The notes under the pieces are model-generated. The model had not been told where the DNA came from. It searched no databases and saw only the letters and a program-made list of their open reading frames with translations. A stretch of 64,000 nt of DNA from NCBI RefSeq assembly GCF_006345805.1, contig NC_042998.1, forward strand, positions 32,054,001 through 32,118,000, given 5' to 3'. Shown one piece after another: positions 22,929 to 36,222 of the stretch. Source of the DNA: Octopus sinensis (lineage: Eukaryota). The position numbers were made by a program, and so were the translations under genes. Within the stretch, counting starts at the first letter, position 1. Each line of letters starts with the position of its first letter.

Positions 22929-23241
22929 GCTAATGCTAAGCAGTCTGATGATGGTTAGGCTGGCCGAGACTTAGAAGTCACAGTCGAAAGCATTCTTGTT
23001 TATGAAAAATAAATTTTTACTCTACAATAGTACAGAGTAACCCATTATATTAATGTAAGATTGCTTTTGTTATAACTGAATATTAACAAAAGCAAACCTT
23101 AATACACACATACATCACACATATATGGCTGAAAATTGTACGAAACACAAAATAATAAAACAGAGAGAAGGGCGACGGAACAACAAACAAGGTGTATTAA
23201 TTTGAATCTGTATTAATGTGTATTAATTTAGTATACATATA

Positions 23242-23327
<86 letters not shown>

Positions 23328-23330
<3 letters not shown>

Positions 23331-23508
23331 GCCATGATAGATCGTTAGCCACTACACACTCTCCTTGTTTTTTCTGTGTCACTTTCTGTAGAAGGGCGTA
23401 GGCTCGAAACGTAAAAGACTTTTTCTATTCCTGAGCGTTATACTAATACATCTGTTTATTTTGTACACCACCTGTCTTCGTCTTTTGTTTTTTTTCCTAA
23501 ACTCTCCC
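23328..23508 (+). mobile_element. Short non-autonomous pseudo-LTR-like element (U6 family, copy 2)
   Basis: Homologous to 9671-9883; (TA)n on both sides. Motif cttt-CTGTAGA-a-gggc gtag gctc-GAAA-cgt-a-aaag at 23382-23417. Confidence 0.7.
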
Positions 23509-23529
23509 TATATATATATACATGTACAA

Positions 23530-23712
23530 CTAGCACTCCGTCGCTTACGACGACAAGGGTTCCAGTTGATCCGATTAACGGAACAGCCTGCTTATGAGAT
23601 TAACGTGCAACTGGTTAAGTACTCCACAGACACGCGTAGCCCTTCATATACTTCTCTGGGAGATTCAGCGTGACAAAGAGTATGACAAAGCTGGCCCCTT
23701 GAAATACAGGTA
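23530..23712 (+). mobile_element. 3' portion of a SINE/LINE-tail repeat
   Basis: gtcgcttacgacgac...gttccagttgatccgat...ggagattcagcgtgac...ggccccttgaaatacaggtac resembles a common cephalopod interspersed repeat (recognition from memory only). Confidence 0.45.
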
Positions 23713-23923
23713 CTATTCAACTGTAACTAGGCGGCACATACATTCAACATCCGTTCAAGGCCTTTAACATCTCATATGCCGATCTTATATCAAACAAGTC
23801 ACTATGTGGATATTTACCGTCCGTCAGTCAAACAACCAAGCAAAAGTGCTAATTCTGGCAGACCAACGTGTTCGTCGAACAAACCAACAATTCACTGCGC
23901 TTTATTTTTCTTTAACCCCGTAG

Positions 23924-23986
23924 GGATAACTACGCATTTCCTTGAACTTCTGTGGGACAATAAGACTGTGCACTCTCTCAGAGAGG
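23924..23986 (+). CDS. Candidate 63-nt internal exon (phase 1-1)
   Basis: Acceptor ctttatttttctttaaccccgtag| and donor AGG|gtaagt. Only one frame is open: ITTHFLELLWDNKTVHSLRE. No homology recognised. Confidence 0.35.
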
Positions 23987-24079
23987 GTAAGTGCAACGTC
24001 ATCTCCTACAGCCTGGCGGAAGATTTGCTTTCTGAAGTTGCAATCGACGTCCACGGCGGAATATGGCAAAGATAAAAGA

Positions 24080-24114
<35 letters not shown>

Positions 24115-27100
24115 TGTATGTATGTATGTATGCATGTATGTATGTATGTTTGTATGTATGTATATGTGTGTGTCTGTCTGTGCATGTATGTATATAATTA
24201 TACACTTATATATGAACACATATAAATATAAATACACACACACACACACATGTATATGTGCATACATTCATATACATATAAATATACAATATATACATAC
24301 ATATATGTGTGTGTGTCCGTCAGTGTGTAAGTGTAATAACTTTTTCTGTTTAACGTATTAAAATAAGTACGTTTTTGAAGTTTGTTTTTATTGATTTCCT
24401 TTTTTGTATTCGTAGACGCATTCCTCGAACTTTTTCGGAGAAAAAAAAATGACCGTTTTTCCCTGTGCGGTTCTTCTCTGTGATGTATTCTGTGCTGGCA
24501 TATATGTTGCTGCTGTTTTGTTGTATACTTGACGAACGTGACGACATTACCGGCAAAATTTTAACTTTTGAACATTAGCATTATAGATGACCAGGCAACG
24601 AGTGCTTTTGTTGTGACGTGTGATAAAAGCACTCACGATCTTGATTTTCAGCTGCTTTTTATACAAATCAATATACAGAAGACATTATCACCATTATGTA
24701 CAGATTTAGACCTAAGTATTAGAAGACTTGGCCGTTAAATATGGAGTATATAAATGAATTAATATACATAAGACAGATTCACTAAAAAGTATATAAGAAC
24801 TATCAACTTATTACCGAGTCTACAACCCCAGGAGGTTTAGTTGGAATAACGGCTGATATCTTATAGTCTGACCGAGAGAACGTATACAGTTTGCTCATCG
24901 ACTGCAATCTCTTTATGACCATCTAGATCGAGTTTGCGATCGTCTACTTGTTCGATTAGCATGTTATCTTTTGTTACAAATCGAAATTTGTGTTAATGCA
25001 AGGTAAGCAATTTTTCGAGTACTGATTTAATTGACACAGGCGTTAGAATCTTAAATCTAAACGATAACTGAAAACTTTGTGGTAATTTAATTGGAAGACT
25101 TATAAAATTGCACATTGTTCCAAATGTGATTTCACTTATCTTTGTGTTACTAAAATTATATACGAATCGACAAAACATTTGGTACATACACAAATATGTA
25201 ACTCGTGTTCTTGTTTAGACACTGCTGATTAATGCATCCGCTGGCGACAGTGTGTTACGTCTGCCCATTTCTGCAATGTCATTATATCATTAGTGATGCA
25301 AGAGAAATGGATTTGCATTTTTCATGAGGCTTAACGTTACTACGAATTAAACTGTACTTCCTTGCCAGGCGTGCGATTATTTTCTCTTCATATCCTCGTT
25401 AGTGAGATACTAAAACATAAAGCACCGTCCTCATAAATCAACTCCACGATGCAGCCATTATACTTCTCATTCTGACACTATTGCTTCAAAGAGAGACACA
25501 AACAGTAATCTCTTTTACCTTGTCAAATAAATTGGAGGAGAATGCTTATACCAGACTATATCTATAGCTATGAAGCCACACATGGCATACAAGTCATGCA
25601 TGAATCTATGAACCACATTTCCTTCATTTATTACACAGTTTTAAAAAATCCAGTGTTCAAATACTCGATACATTATGTGCAAGCTTTCTTGCAAACCATC
25701 AATTGGCTTCAATTTGTTTCATATTTGAAACATTTTCTAAGTTTCTTAAATCAAATTAACAAATAAGTTTACCGCTTAAGAATCAATGGCTCGTATTCAT
25801 ACAACAATAAATATCGAGTTTAAATTGCATAAACTGTAGTTCTGTTATGTAATATAGAACACTATGAAGTTAATGCATTGAAAGATGACATGTTTTAGTA
25901 TATCGATGACCTATTGTAACAAAGAATAATATCAAAAGTATTTTCAACAATATAAAGTTCACAACTGACGCCATTAGATTATAATTCCATGACTTGAAAT
26001 TGTACTTATTGCAGTATACATTCAATTCTTCATCTAGTTCTTGAGGTCATGCGTACGATGTTTATTGAATTGAAATATTTTTCAATACCAAAAAAATAAT
26101 AATAAAAAGAGTTTAAATTACAAGTATTATGATAAAATATATTTCTATTCAGAATGTAGAAATTTCATTTCAAGTAACATTTAAATGTCATATATACAAG
26201 AATTGAAATGTTAAGAGAAGACTTGTATCTTAGTCATAATCTATTTTAGAAAGATTTCAAAATTATATGCTTTCTAAAAAGAAAACAACAAAAATTACTA
26301 CCTCTACTAAGTGTTGGAGGGGGGGGGGTTAAGGAGATATATATTTTTCATTGACTTGTTATCATTTTCTTAAATTCTCCTCTACATATATCTTTTGGTG
26401 TTGCTGACGCTGATGTCACAGTATGTCCATTGCCCGTTGCTTTTTTTTAATGTCTGGAGGAAATACAAACATAGAAAAACTTTCAACGATTAATTCACCA
26501 TAAGAAATACAAGACGTTTATGTGAACACATCAAGTAACTTTGAACGTGTCCTTATGACTTAAACTAATGAAAACACAATAACTAGCAAAGTTATGCGAA
26601 TATAATCTTGCTGGGTAAGAAACATCATATGAAATGTTGAAATAACTAACGATTGACATTTGGTAAAAGAAAATATATCGCCATTTGTGTTCGGGTGATA
26701 ATATTTTTAGTGAATATAGATATATAGATATAGCATTAATTATATGTGTATACAGTGGGATTATAGAATGGAAAAAAATTGTAGACTGGAAAAAAAAAAA
26801 GTGAAATCACTTATTTCAGAGAAAACGATGCATCATATTTAATGTTATGTTATAAGATCAGTATATTATCATCTTCCGGATCTTTCTGAGGAGTTTATGT
26901 TGTGTGCCATTCAACCAAAGATCAGGCCTGATCGAGCAATCCAATAATCAAATGTCACTACATTCATGGACATCCAGTCCTTCTTTAAATACAGTGTATT
27001 TAAAACTTTACTATCAAGTAGACACTTCCTTCATTAGAACGATAGAGATTACGTTCAAGGAAATTTGACAGCTAATTTCAGAAGGTCGAATGTTCAAACA

Positions 27101-27627
27101 GACATAATTAGTGATTGATATAAACGTGTTAGGTATCAGAAAGCAGGACGCGAAACAATTCACTTCATACCTCGTCTCTAATCAATGGCAGGACTTCTTA
27201 TTTGCCCAAACCGCCTTGCTAGCAAATGAATCAATTTTGCCAGTGAGTAATGTGATATGGAAGACATCTTTAGAAAAGACATGATGGTCACGAATGGAAT
27301 GGTTTCAGTGTAGATTAGCTCAAGCAAGTCATACTTGAGCAAAAACTTCAATCGTGCGTTTTATTTTTAATATGATGACTTCTAATATGGAAGTCAAGTC
27401 CATTCAGCTGTAAATGATTTAGCGAAACAAAAGAGAGGTTTCTATGCGACCACTTTATACCTCACACAAAAGAAAATAAATTCTCTTCCATATAACCTAA
27501 TGCAACTAATCATTTTAAATAGTGACTATACAAATACAAATATGTATGCACGTATGAGTATGTATAACGAAGAAAAAACAAGTATATATAAAAAGTATAT
27601 AAAAAAAGAGCATCTCACATGTTTCAG

Positions 27628-27702
27628 CAACAACAGGCGTTTTCAGGACAGCAGTTGTCCTACCTTATTTCCAGGAGAGCGTGATATTACATACATTCAA
27701 AG
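27628..27702 (+). CDS. Candidate 75-nt internal exon (phase 1-1)
   Basis: tgtttcag| ... AAG|gtgagt; reads TTGVFRTAVVLPYFQESVILHTFK. Weak pyrimidine tract. Confidence 0.25.
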
Positions 27703-28726
27703 GTGAGTTGAACAAGTTTAATGACATGGATGAAATGAAAATGGGAGAACTATTTCAGAGCGCCTAATGTTAAGTACTTGAACAAAAAGACGGATATGGT
27801 TATCTTAGCGCATTTCCTTCTGTTTAGGCAAGTTGCGCAAAGACGAAATTATACACTATTCATTTTTTGCGCTAGTCTAAATATCTCTAACGTTTCATTT
27901 ATTTTATTTCCCACTATCCATTTCTATTCGCTAATCTTAATTTACTCCAATTGTGTTTTTATAAAATTCTAGTAGTGTGCTGAAATAACAAAGTAAACAA
28001 CATGTTCCATTCAAAATATTTATTGTTGCATATATACATCCATGCATGGAAACTATACAGATTACGTCGTCGATTCATTTTATCATGATTCTCTAGCTTA
28101 TTACTCTCTCGTTAACTTTAAAGGTGGGGTGCTATTTGCCATTTGATTTCTGGCGAAAATTGCGAAAAGTAACCGATTTCAACAGGTTGTGTACTGTAAA
28201 GGTGATAATTTAAAAATCTTTTGACGATTTGACGTCTATTTTCAGCATCGGCATAGTCTCTTCTATAACCTTAATTATAATTGTATTTTATACTATTATA
28301 AATCCCTATATATGAATTCAACTGAATAGGTCTATATTATATGCTGACCACTGATAAAATCTGGTTTAATCCTTGATATATATATATATATATATATATA
28401 AACAAAACTTGTGTCTAGGAAGACTCTTCATCCAATAAAATTTATAATAAGCATACGTACGGTTTCATTACAACTTTCTTATTTTACTTATTTTACTAAC
28501 TAGAGGTCCAATGTGTTGTTTAATGTATTGATAGAACAATCCATCGGTTGTTAGTTTTCCCTGTCATAGTCAACGATGAGGTCTCAAATAGCGACGAAAG
28601 GACATTGACAAAAGGTGGAATAATGATAAAGTATAAGAAAGTATGGAATAGAACAGAGTGAAAGGAAATAGGTGAAAACAAATTAAATAAGAAAAGGTAA
28701 ACGGAAGAAATGTATATATATATATA

Positions 28727-29140
28727 TTTCTTTATTGCCAACAAGGGGCCAAACATAGAGAGGACAAACAAGGACAGACAAAGGGATCAAGTCGATTACA
28801 TCGACCCAGTGCGAAACTGGTACTTTATTTATCGAACCCGAAAGGATGAAAGGCAAAGTCGACCTCGGCGGAATATGAACTCAGCACGTAGCGACAGACG
28901 AAATACCTATTTCTTTACTACCCACAAGGGGCTAAACACAGAGGAGGCAAACAAGGACAGACAAAGGGATTAAGTCGATTACATCGACTCTAGTGCATAA
29001 CTGTTACTTAATTTATCGAACCCGAAAGGATGAAAGGCAAAGTCGACCTCGGCGGAATTTGAACTCAGAATATAGCGGCAGACGAAATACGGCTACGCAT
29101 TTCGCCCGGCGTGCTAACGTTTCTGCCAGCTCGACGCCTT
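28727..29140 (-). mobile_element. SINE-A dimer with a 23-bp target-site duplication
   Basis: One head plus two core/tail units; ggtaaacggaagaaatgtatata is repeated at 28696-28718 and 29142-29164. Confidence 0.9.
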
Positions 29141-30057
29141 TGGTAAACGGAAGAAATGTATATAAATTACTAAAGATGAAGTCTTCGGAAAATAGCTGAA
29201 TATTTAGAAATGATAGTTTGGGAGGGGAGAGGGGATGAAAATAATTGATGGCGCAGCAATGATGGAGAAGTAATTATTCTAATGTAAATTGGTACGTAGG
29301 TAAAAGTAGGTTAGAGAATTTATTTAAATAATGCAAAAGATATACGTGCAAGGTGTACAAATATGTAACAATATGCTGTTTAAAAGAATATATAACGTTT
29401 ATGATAACTGCAACCATATTTGTCTGGTATTAAAGATAGACAATAAATAAAAGTAGTAAAAACTTAAAAACAAACTAATTTAAATATTTTCAAATGATAC
29501 CTTGTCTGCTTTCAAAGATATCTTACCGACGTCGATAAGGATTTGACTTGACATGTTTATGGATTTAATGGTGCTTTGAAAGAAATTCTTTCGGAATGCT
29601 TGTTCAGAAATGGTCCTTTTATAATTGAAAATTCCCTAATTTGCGGGGGTACCAATGTTGTACGGACATTTATTATCTACATTTCAATTAGATATTCACA
29701 AAATGATACTTTCTAAATACCTGGGGAGATATGTACACTTTAGTTCGAAGAAGAAACGAATCAACAATATTTGATTATTTTGATTTAGATTTCTAAATGA
29801 GTGAGCACGGTTGGAGAACAAAATAACTTAGCAGGATTTTATTTTTGCAGTTCGATGGGAAGCTAACTCTACTATTGTTATGTTGCACATTCGGATGACC
29901 TTTACTCAACTTGACTCTACTACTCTCTACTCTAGTCTGCTGACTTCTAGGCTTCTCTCTATATATCTACGTATTGGGCTAGCCTACCTCAATGTCTGGG
30001 GGCGTGCACACAACAGCTATATAAGCGGAGAGTGGCTAGCATACATATATTGGGAAA

Positions 30058-30275
30058 AGGCGGCGAGCTGGCAGAAACGTTAGCACGCAGGGCGAAATGC
30101 GTAGCCGTATTTCGTCTGCCGTAGGTTCTGAGTTCAAATTCCGCCGAGGTCGATTTTGCCTTTCATCCTTTCGGGGTCGATAAAACGCACTGGGGTCGAT
30201 GTAATCGACTTAATCACTTTGTCTGTCCTTGTTTGTCCTCTCTGTGTTTAACCCCTTGTGGGTAGTAAAGAAATA
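30058..30275 (+). mobile_element. SINE-A copy
   Basis: ggcggcgagctggcagaaacgttagcacg...ctgagttcaaattccgccgaggtcg...ccccttgtgggtagtaaagaaata. Confidence 0.9.
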
Positions 30276-32338
30276 TACATATATTGTGAATAGTAAGCCT
30301 AGTTATAATTAATAGCAGTTTGATAGATTGTAAGAAATTCCAGCTTAGGAACGTTAAATGGAATTTAGGAAACTGAATTATAGTACACTTCTTAAAATTA
30401 TAAAATTATTTTACAACGGGAAAAATGGTTCTTACAAAGAAAGATTTCGCTACTAGAATTGTTACAGCTAGATTTCGAAATGCTGTTTTTATGAGAATAT
30501 TTGCGGCATCTTTTGAATGTGAGAAACATTTTTCTCTTTTGAATCCTTAAAGAAAGTTCCAACTTATAATTCTTGCTCAAAAGGGTAGACAGCTTTGGAG
30601 AAGAACTTTTAACTAAAATTCTTTTATCACATTCTTTGGAGGATATTATATTTCAAGAAAATATAAATATAAATGTTCTTTGTTTACAGCAGTTCACAAG
30701 TACAGTAGTAAACAAACGTTCTTTGTTTAAGACAAATATGTCTTAAATCTCAGGGACCGTTCAGGCATTTAGCTTTGGTTGATTTTCTGCTACCTAAATA
30801 AATAATCGAATGGTCTTCAAGAAAAATATGTCATGTCTTTAACCTTCTGCTCGTAGTTGGAGTCTTAATGTTATTCAGAGACAACCTTTTTCTCTGGGAA
30901 GGCTATTTACAGTGTGTAAGGAAGTAAGGAATTAGTATTTAATTATTGCAGCGACTAAAGCCCCATTAAGCTCATGAATCTGAGCAAAAGCTTCAGTTTC
31001 TGTGATTAAATCGGAAGAAACTTTTGACTGTTTTACATAATCATTATATTTTCTATTTTCTAGTTTCTATTTTTTTTTCTGAAATTGGTAGTGATAGCAA
31101 TAGATTCTGCAACATTAAGCGCAATATCATAGCGATTTTGTATCAACTGTTTAATAGCACTTTACATCAAATTGTAATATTTTGACATTTCTTATTAGAA
31201 ATTCATTCGGGACCAATCTATAACCCAATTATTTATTTTCTATTTTGAAGTGCTGTTCGGGATCATTTCCTTTTTAACAATAAATATATTTGCTACTGAA
31301 ATGTGCTAATGAATTGTGTGAATTGTCTGAGATATTTAAGGTTAAAGTTTGCTTTGAGTCGATCTATCATTGCTGGATAAATGGATGTCAGTTTCTACGT
31401 GTTATGCTTCTGGTAGACAACACAAGTGGAACGAGCTTAGCATTTGAAAGTGTAAGTACGTACGAACAAAGAAAATCGCAACTAAATTAAAGTACTCAAA
31501 ACATATGTATCTGAGACAAAATATATATCTAAGTAAACACAATAACATAAGCTTTCTTTCTGATGCGGAAAAGTCAACGAATGAAAATAAGAAGAAAAAC
31601 AACGCAGGATACACTCAACGAAATTTGGGTTGAATTAACAGAAGTAAACAATAACATAAGTGAAACGTTGATAGGTGAGTAACGGATGTAAAAGTTATGG
31701 TAGATTTAATGAACATTGTTACACGAGGAATAAAATATAAATAAAACTGTTATGTGAAATACTTAGTGAAAGAAGTTTGAAAATGCATATTATTTAAACT
31801 ATATGGCGATAGAAGAAATGGACGGCGAGAGAAAAAGTACGCTATTGATTGGACTGGAATATTCATGAGGTTTCATTTGAAAGTTTTTGAAAGATAGAAT
31901 GATTATAAATATTATAACTAAACTGACTTGTCAATAAATATTTAGTTATATAAGATTTTCTTTGAGAGAAATGTAATATGGATATACAATTAAATCAATA
32001 TGAAGAGAGTTAAGTAAAAATAATAAATAAATTAGTGATAAGAAAATATAGACATTTTATATATTAGAGATAACCGAAAGAGAGGAAACAAAAATCCACG
32101 TAAACAAATTAAGATGAAGATAAATTTTGTCTGGTTGTAAGAAGAGTAAATATATTAGTAATGAAATTAATTAAATATATACCACAGAAAATGAGGTTGT
32201 TAGGTTAAAGTTTCTTACTTAGGTGAATACATTTTTCTGAAACGAGTTAGAATATAATCTTAAAATTAAAATGTTGAGAAATTATTCGCTAATATATTTT
32301 TTAAACATGGCATAGGTTATCATGAAAGACATAATACA

Positions 32339-32434
<96 letters not shown>

Positions 32435-32523
32435 TATATATATATAATATATACATATATATATATATGTATATGTATATATATATACATATATATATAT
32501 GTATATGTATATATATATATACA

Positions 32524-32610
<87 letters not shown>

Positions 32611-32615
<5 letters not shown>

Positions 32616-33015
32616 ACTCAAAAGAGATCTAAGGAAGAATGTAACGATCAAGAAGGTAAATGACAATGACCAATTTGTGTGCACAGTCTGTGACAGCCCA
32701 TGGCTGTCTTTTGCTGGGCTCAAATCTCATGGAAAACGAGCCTCAACCAACTATTATGCCTATGTGTCTGTTAACACCTTTGAATGCAGTGTAAGCCAGA
32801 AGGTTTACAAATCGAACGGAGGCCTCAAAAGACATTTTAAGATCCACAAAGATCAGAACTTATCTGCAGCTCTTGGTTGTTCAAATCGGATGTGCAATCT
32901 ATGTGGGTGTCTTTTCTGAACATTGTCTGGTTTAAAAAGCCACACCAGATGCAATGGTGGTTGCAAGGTGTAGGTACAGGAGGTGGTAAAACTCTGCATA
33001 AGGGTTAGACAACCA
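32611..33015 (+). pseudogene. C2H2 zinc-finger-coding fragment, probably the 3' end of a 5'-truncated LINE
   Basis: [19 protein letters not shown] / [23 protein letters not shown] / [17 protein letters not shown]; one internal stop; bounded by (TA)n. Confidence 0.55.
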
Positions 33016-33042
33016 CAATATATATATATATTTATATATGTA

Positions 33043-33242
33043 TACGGAGGTGTACTTGCATAGAAAGTGACCGGATCTGAGATCGTGTGCTGGAACAAAA
33101 ACAATTGCAGTGTGGAAGGTTTTTATAAGCCATTTAAGAAACACACAAAAACCATTAGATTCACTTCAACATTTAAATATAATTTGCCAAAATATTTTTT
33201 TCGCTTTGAGACCGCGACCTGTTCACTGACAAAATTCCGTGC
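33043..33242 (-). mobile_element. Older, diverged fragment of the same PLE family (hammerhead plus start of ORF region)
   Basis: Reverse complement aligns to 18050-18246 (tttgtcagtgaacaggtcgcgg...ttcttaaatggcttataaaaaccttccacactgcaattg...cagcacacgatctcagatc...ctccgta). Confidence 0.88.
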
Positions 33243-34134
33243 ATACATATATACATATATACATATGTGTATGCATGTATGTATAAGAAAATGTAACGAC
33301 TGAATTGCTGTAATAAATGCTGTAAACTATATAGAAATATCTAGAAATGGAGGACCAGAAAATCACATTTACTGAAAAATTACTAGTGTTCTATGAAAGC
33401 TTTCGCCAGAGGATGAATTGGAATCATTCCTGGAAGCTAACAAAATAACATATTTACAAACTATTTGCATCTCACATTTTCTTAGGTAAATAGCAAGAAA
33501 TCTGCTAACATGCATAACATTATTTATAGATCCCCTTTCTTCCTACGCACTAGATAACTATAAACACATAATTACACGCACAGACGAACACAATCCCACA
33601 AAACCAAGAAGCATAAATTGTTCACTGGATATTTCAACTTAAATTTAACATTATTGGTTCTATTCTCGAACCATTGCATAATATTTAGTTGAGCGCAAGT
33701 TATTCACCTAACACAAGAAGCTACATCATCGTATTTATTAAATACTAGTACAGAACACAATGGATGTCTTCAGCATTGGTATGCTTCTTGTACGGTTGTA
33801 AAAGATGGAAAAGATACAAATTGTGTATGAATTCTTTTGTTGGCACAGCCCTCGCATATTCTTTGTAAAAGAAGTAAAAAATATATAATAAAAGTTATAA
33901 TTATAGTTAAATAATAAGAGTAGAAATTAATATTATGAAGTAATATAAATCTCAACCAGTAGTCAGCATATTTAAAAAAACGTCCGAGGACCGTAAATTC
34001 TATTTCAATATAAACAATAGGAGAGACCACCATGTGGATCCCTGAATGCTAAAAATAGACGTCAAACCGTCTTACCACGAAATTTGTGTCCTCAAATTAC
34101 ATCTAGCGTCTTGCTAATTTGAGAACACAGATTC

Positions 34135-34710
34135 TTTTCTACTTGCGGCACAAGGCCTCGAAATTTTGGTGAGAGGGAGCCAGTCGATTATATCGACCCC
34201 AGTACGCAACTGGTACTTAATTTATCGATCCCGAAAGGATGAAAGGCAAAGTCGACCTCGGCAGAATTCGAACTCAGAACGTAAAGACAGACGAAATACC
34301 TATTTCTTTACTACCCACAAGGGGCTAAGCACAGAGAGGACAAACAAGGACAGACAAACGGATTAAGTCGATTATATCGACCCCAGTGCGTAACTGGTAC
34401 TCATTTAATCGACCCCGAAAGGATGAAAGGCAAAGTCACCCTCGGCGGAAGTTCAATTCAGAACGTAGCGGCAGACGAAATACCTATTTCTTTACTACCC
34501 ACAAGGGGCTAAACACAGACAGGACAAATAAGGACAGACAAACAGATTAAGTCGATTATATAGACCCCAGTGCATAACTGGTACTTAATTTATCGACCCC
34601 GAAAGGATGAAAGGTAAAGTCGACCTCGGCGGAATTTGAACTCAGAACGTAACGGCAGACGAAATACCGCAGAGCATTTCGCCCGGCGCGCTAACGTTTC
34701 TGCCAGCTCG
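34135..34710 (-). mobile_element. SINE-A trimer
   Basis: One head plus three ~185-bp core units joined by identical gaaatacctatttctttactacccac junctions. Confidence 0.9.
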
Positions 34711-35155
34711 TCTATCTTTCTTGTTATTGATCTCTGGAGTGCTTGCCCTTTCGTAATGCTTCACTTCGTGTGGAGAGACCCCAGTGGGCAACAGTATTCA
34801 AAGTGGGGTCCTGCAAATGTAGGGTAGGGAAGGATGATGGTGTAAACATTTCTAGACCAGAAGTTTCTCAGAATCAAGGAGCTCATCTTGCAGGCCAAGT
34901 CAACTTTGCTGTTTACGTGGGAAGTCCAGCTTAGATTGTTATCAAAAAGTACTCCAAGGTCTCTGGTGTTGTTGGATGACACTAGGGAGACGCCCGAGAG
35001 AAGGGCATATGGTGGTTTTAGAGTATTCGCTTTTCCAAAGTGAATCAAATTAAACTTACCTTTATTCAGAAGCATATTGTTCTTCTCCGCCCATTGGACA
35101 ATAGCAAACAGATCCGACTGAAGGCATGTTCTGCCTCCCACACCGCTTATACAAA
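34711..35155 (-). mobile_element. CR1/L2/Jockey-type LINE RT C-terminal fragment
   Basis: LQSDLFAIVQWAEKNNMLLNKGKFNLIHFG...TRDLGVLFDNNLSWTSHV...LILRNF...PHFEYCCP matches the LQ.DL..L..W / DLGV..D..L.W..H / RP.LEY pattern. Confidence 0.88.
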
Positions 35156-36002
35156 CTTGAAGACATTTCTGACTTCATAATTAATCAGTAATATAATTGG
35201 ATTTGACAGGTTCGATTATATATAGAAGAGAACGAGTTGAGGAAGAAAATATGTTCAATAAAATAATTATCAATGAGATTTATCGAGGACATAGTTTCAG
35301 CTATGATTTCATTTAGGCTTGGAGATATTAGACATCAATATCATGATCTAAGTCTTCCGTCGTTCATGATTGTCCATGTATTTGCCTCGGAATGTAAATC
35401 TCCAGGGTGCAGGCCATCATAATTTCATTAATGAAAGTGCGCAATTTCTTATAAATCAAGTCTGCTACTTTTGAGCCCCCGCTTTTTCCTAGAGAAAGCC
35501 AAGTGTCGTACCTCCTGAAACCGTTGCAAACAAATAACTCACAACGTAAGAGCTTGATTAGTATTTTACAATATCGAACATAGAAAGCCTGAAAGGCAGT
35601 TTTGATCTTGGTGACATTTAGACCCCAAACACAAAGAGCTAGAGTAAAAAGTACTTTGAATTTTCTCCGATGCTTTAGTAACTACCAATCCAGCGCTGAC
35701 GTAATAAATGCCGCAAAAACGAACATTGCTTCAACGCCAAAAATGGATTCTGAGGGAGTGTAAAGAGTATTCCATTAACCCCTTTGCCTGTCTTGTAGTG
35801 GCAAGCGTGAGCTGTGCGCGAGTCTGTTGGCTATAAGGCTGTGAAAAAGTATCTGAGCAGCTTCAGAGCAATATTTTGTATTTCATAACGCTTGAAGATA
35901 TACTACTTCAGACCATGGGTCTCCTGGAGAAGGGCGAAATGCAACCGGTAAGGGCACCCGCTTTCCAGATATCGGTTGCATCATATGTTCTCTACATTTA
36001 TA

Positions 36003-36222
36003 GTAGAATCGTTAGCACGCCGGGAGAAATGCGTAGCCGTATTTCGTCTGCCGTTACATTCTGAGTTCAAATTGCGCCGAGGTCGACTTTGCCATTCATC
36101 CTTTCGGGGTCGATAAATAAAGTACCAGTTACGCACTGGGGTCGATGTAATCAACTTAATCCCTTTGTGTGTTCTTGTTTCTCCCCCTCTATGTTTAGCC
36201 CCTTGTGGGCAATAAAGAAATA
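36003..36222 (+). mobile_element. SINE-A copy, slightly 5'-truncated
   Basis: Core and tail match other copies. Confidence 0.88.

Noticed and set aside
28727-34710. Regularly repeated units as a CRISPR-like array
   Set aside because: Units are ~185-bp SINE segments without unique spacers, in a eukaryotic context with no cas genes.
35774-35790. TTAA-CCCCTTTGCC as a piggyBac left end
   Set aside because: No matching right TIR or transposase found.
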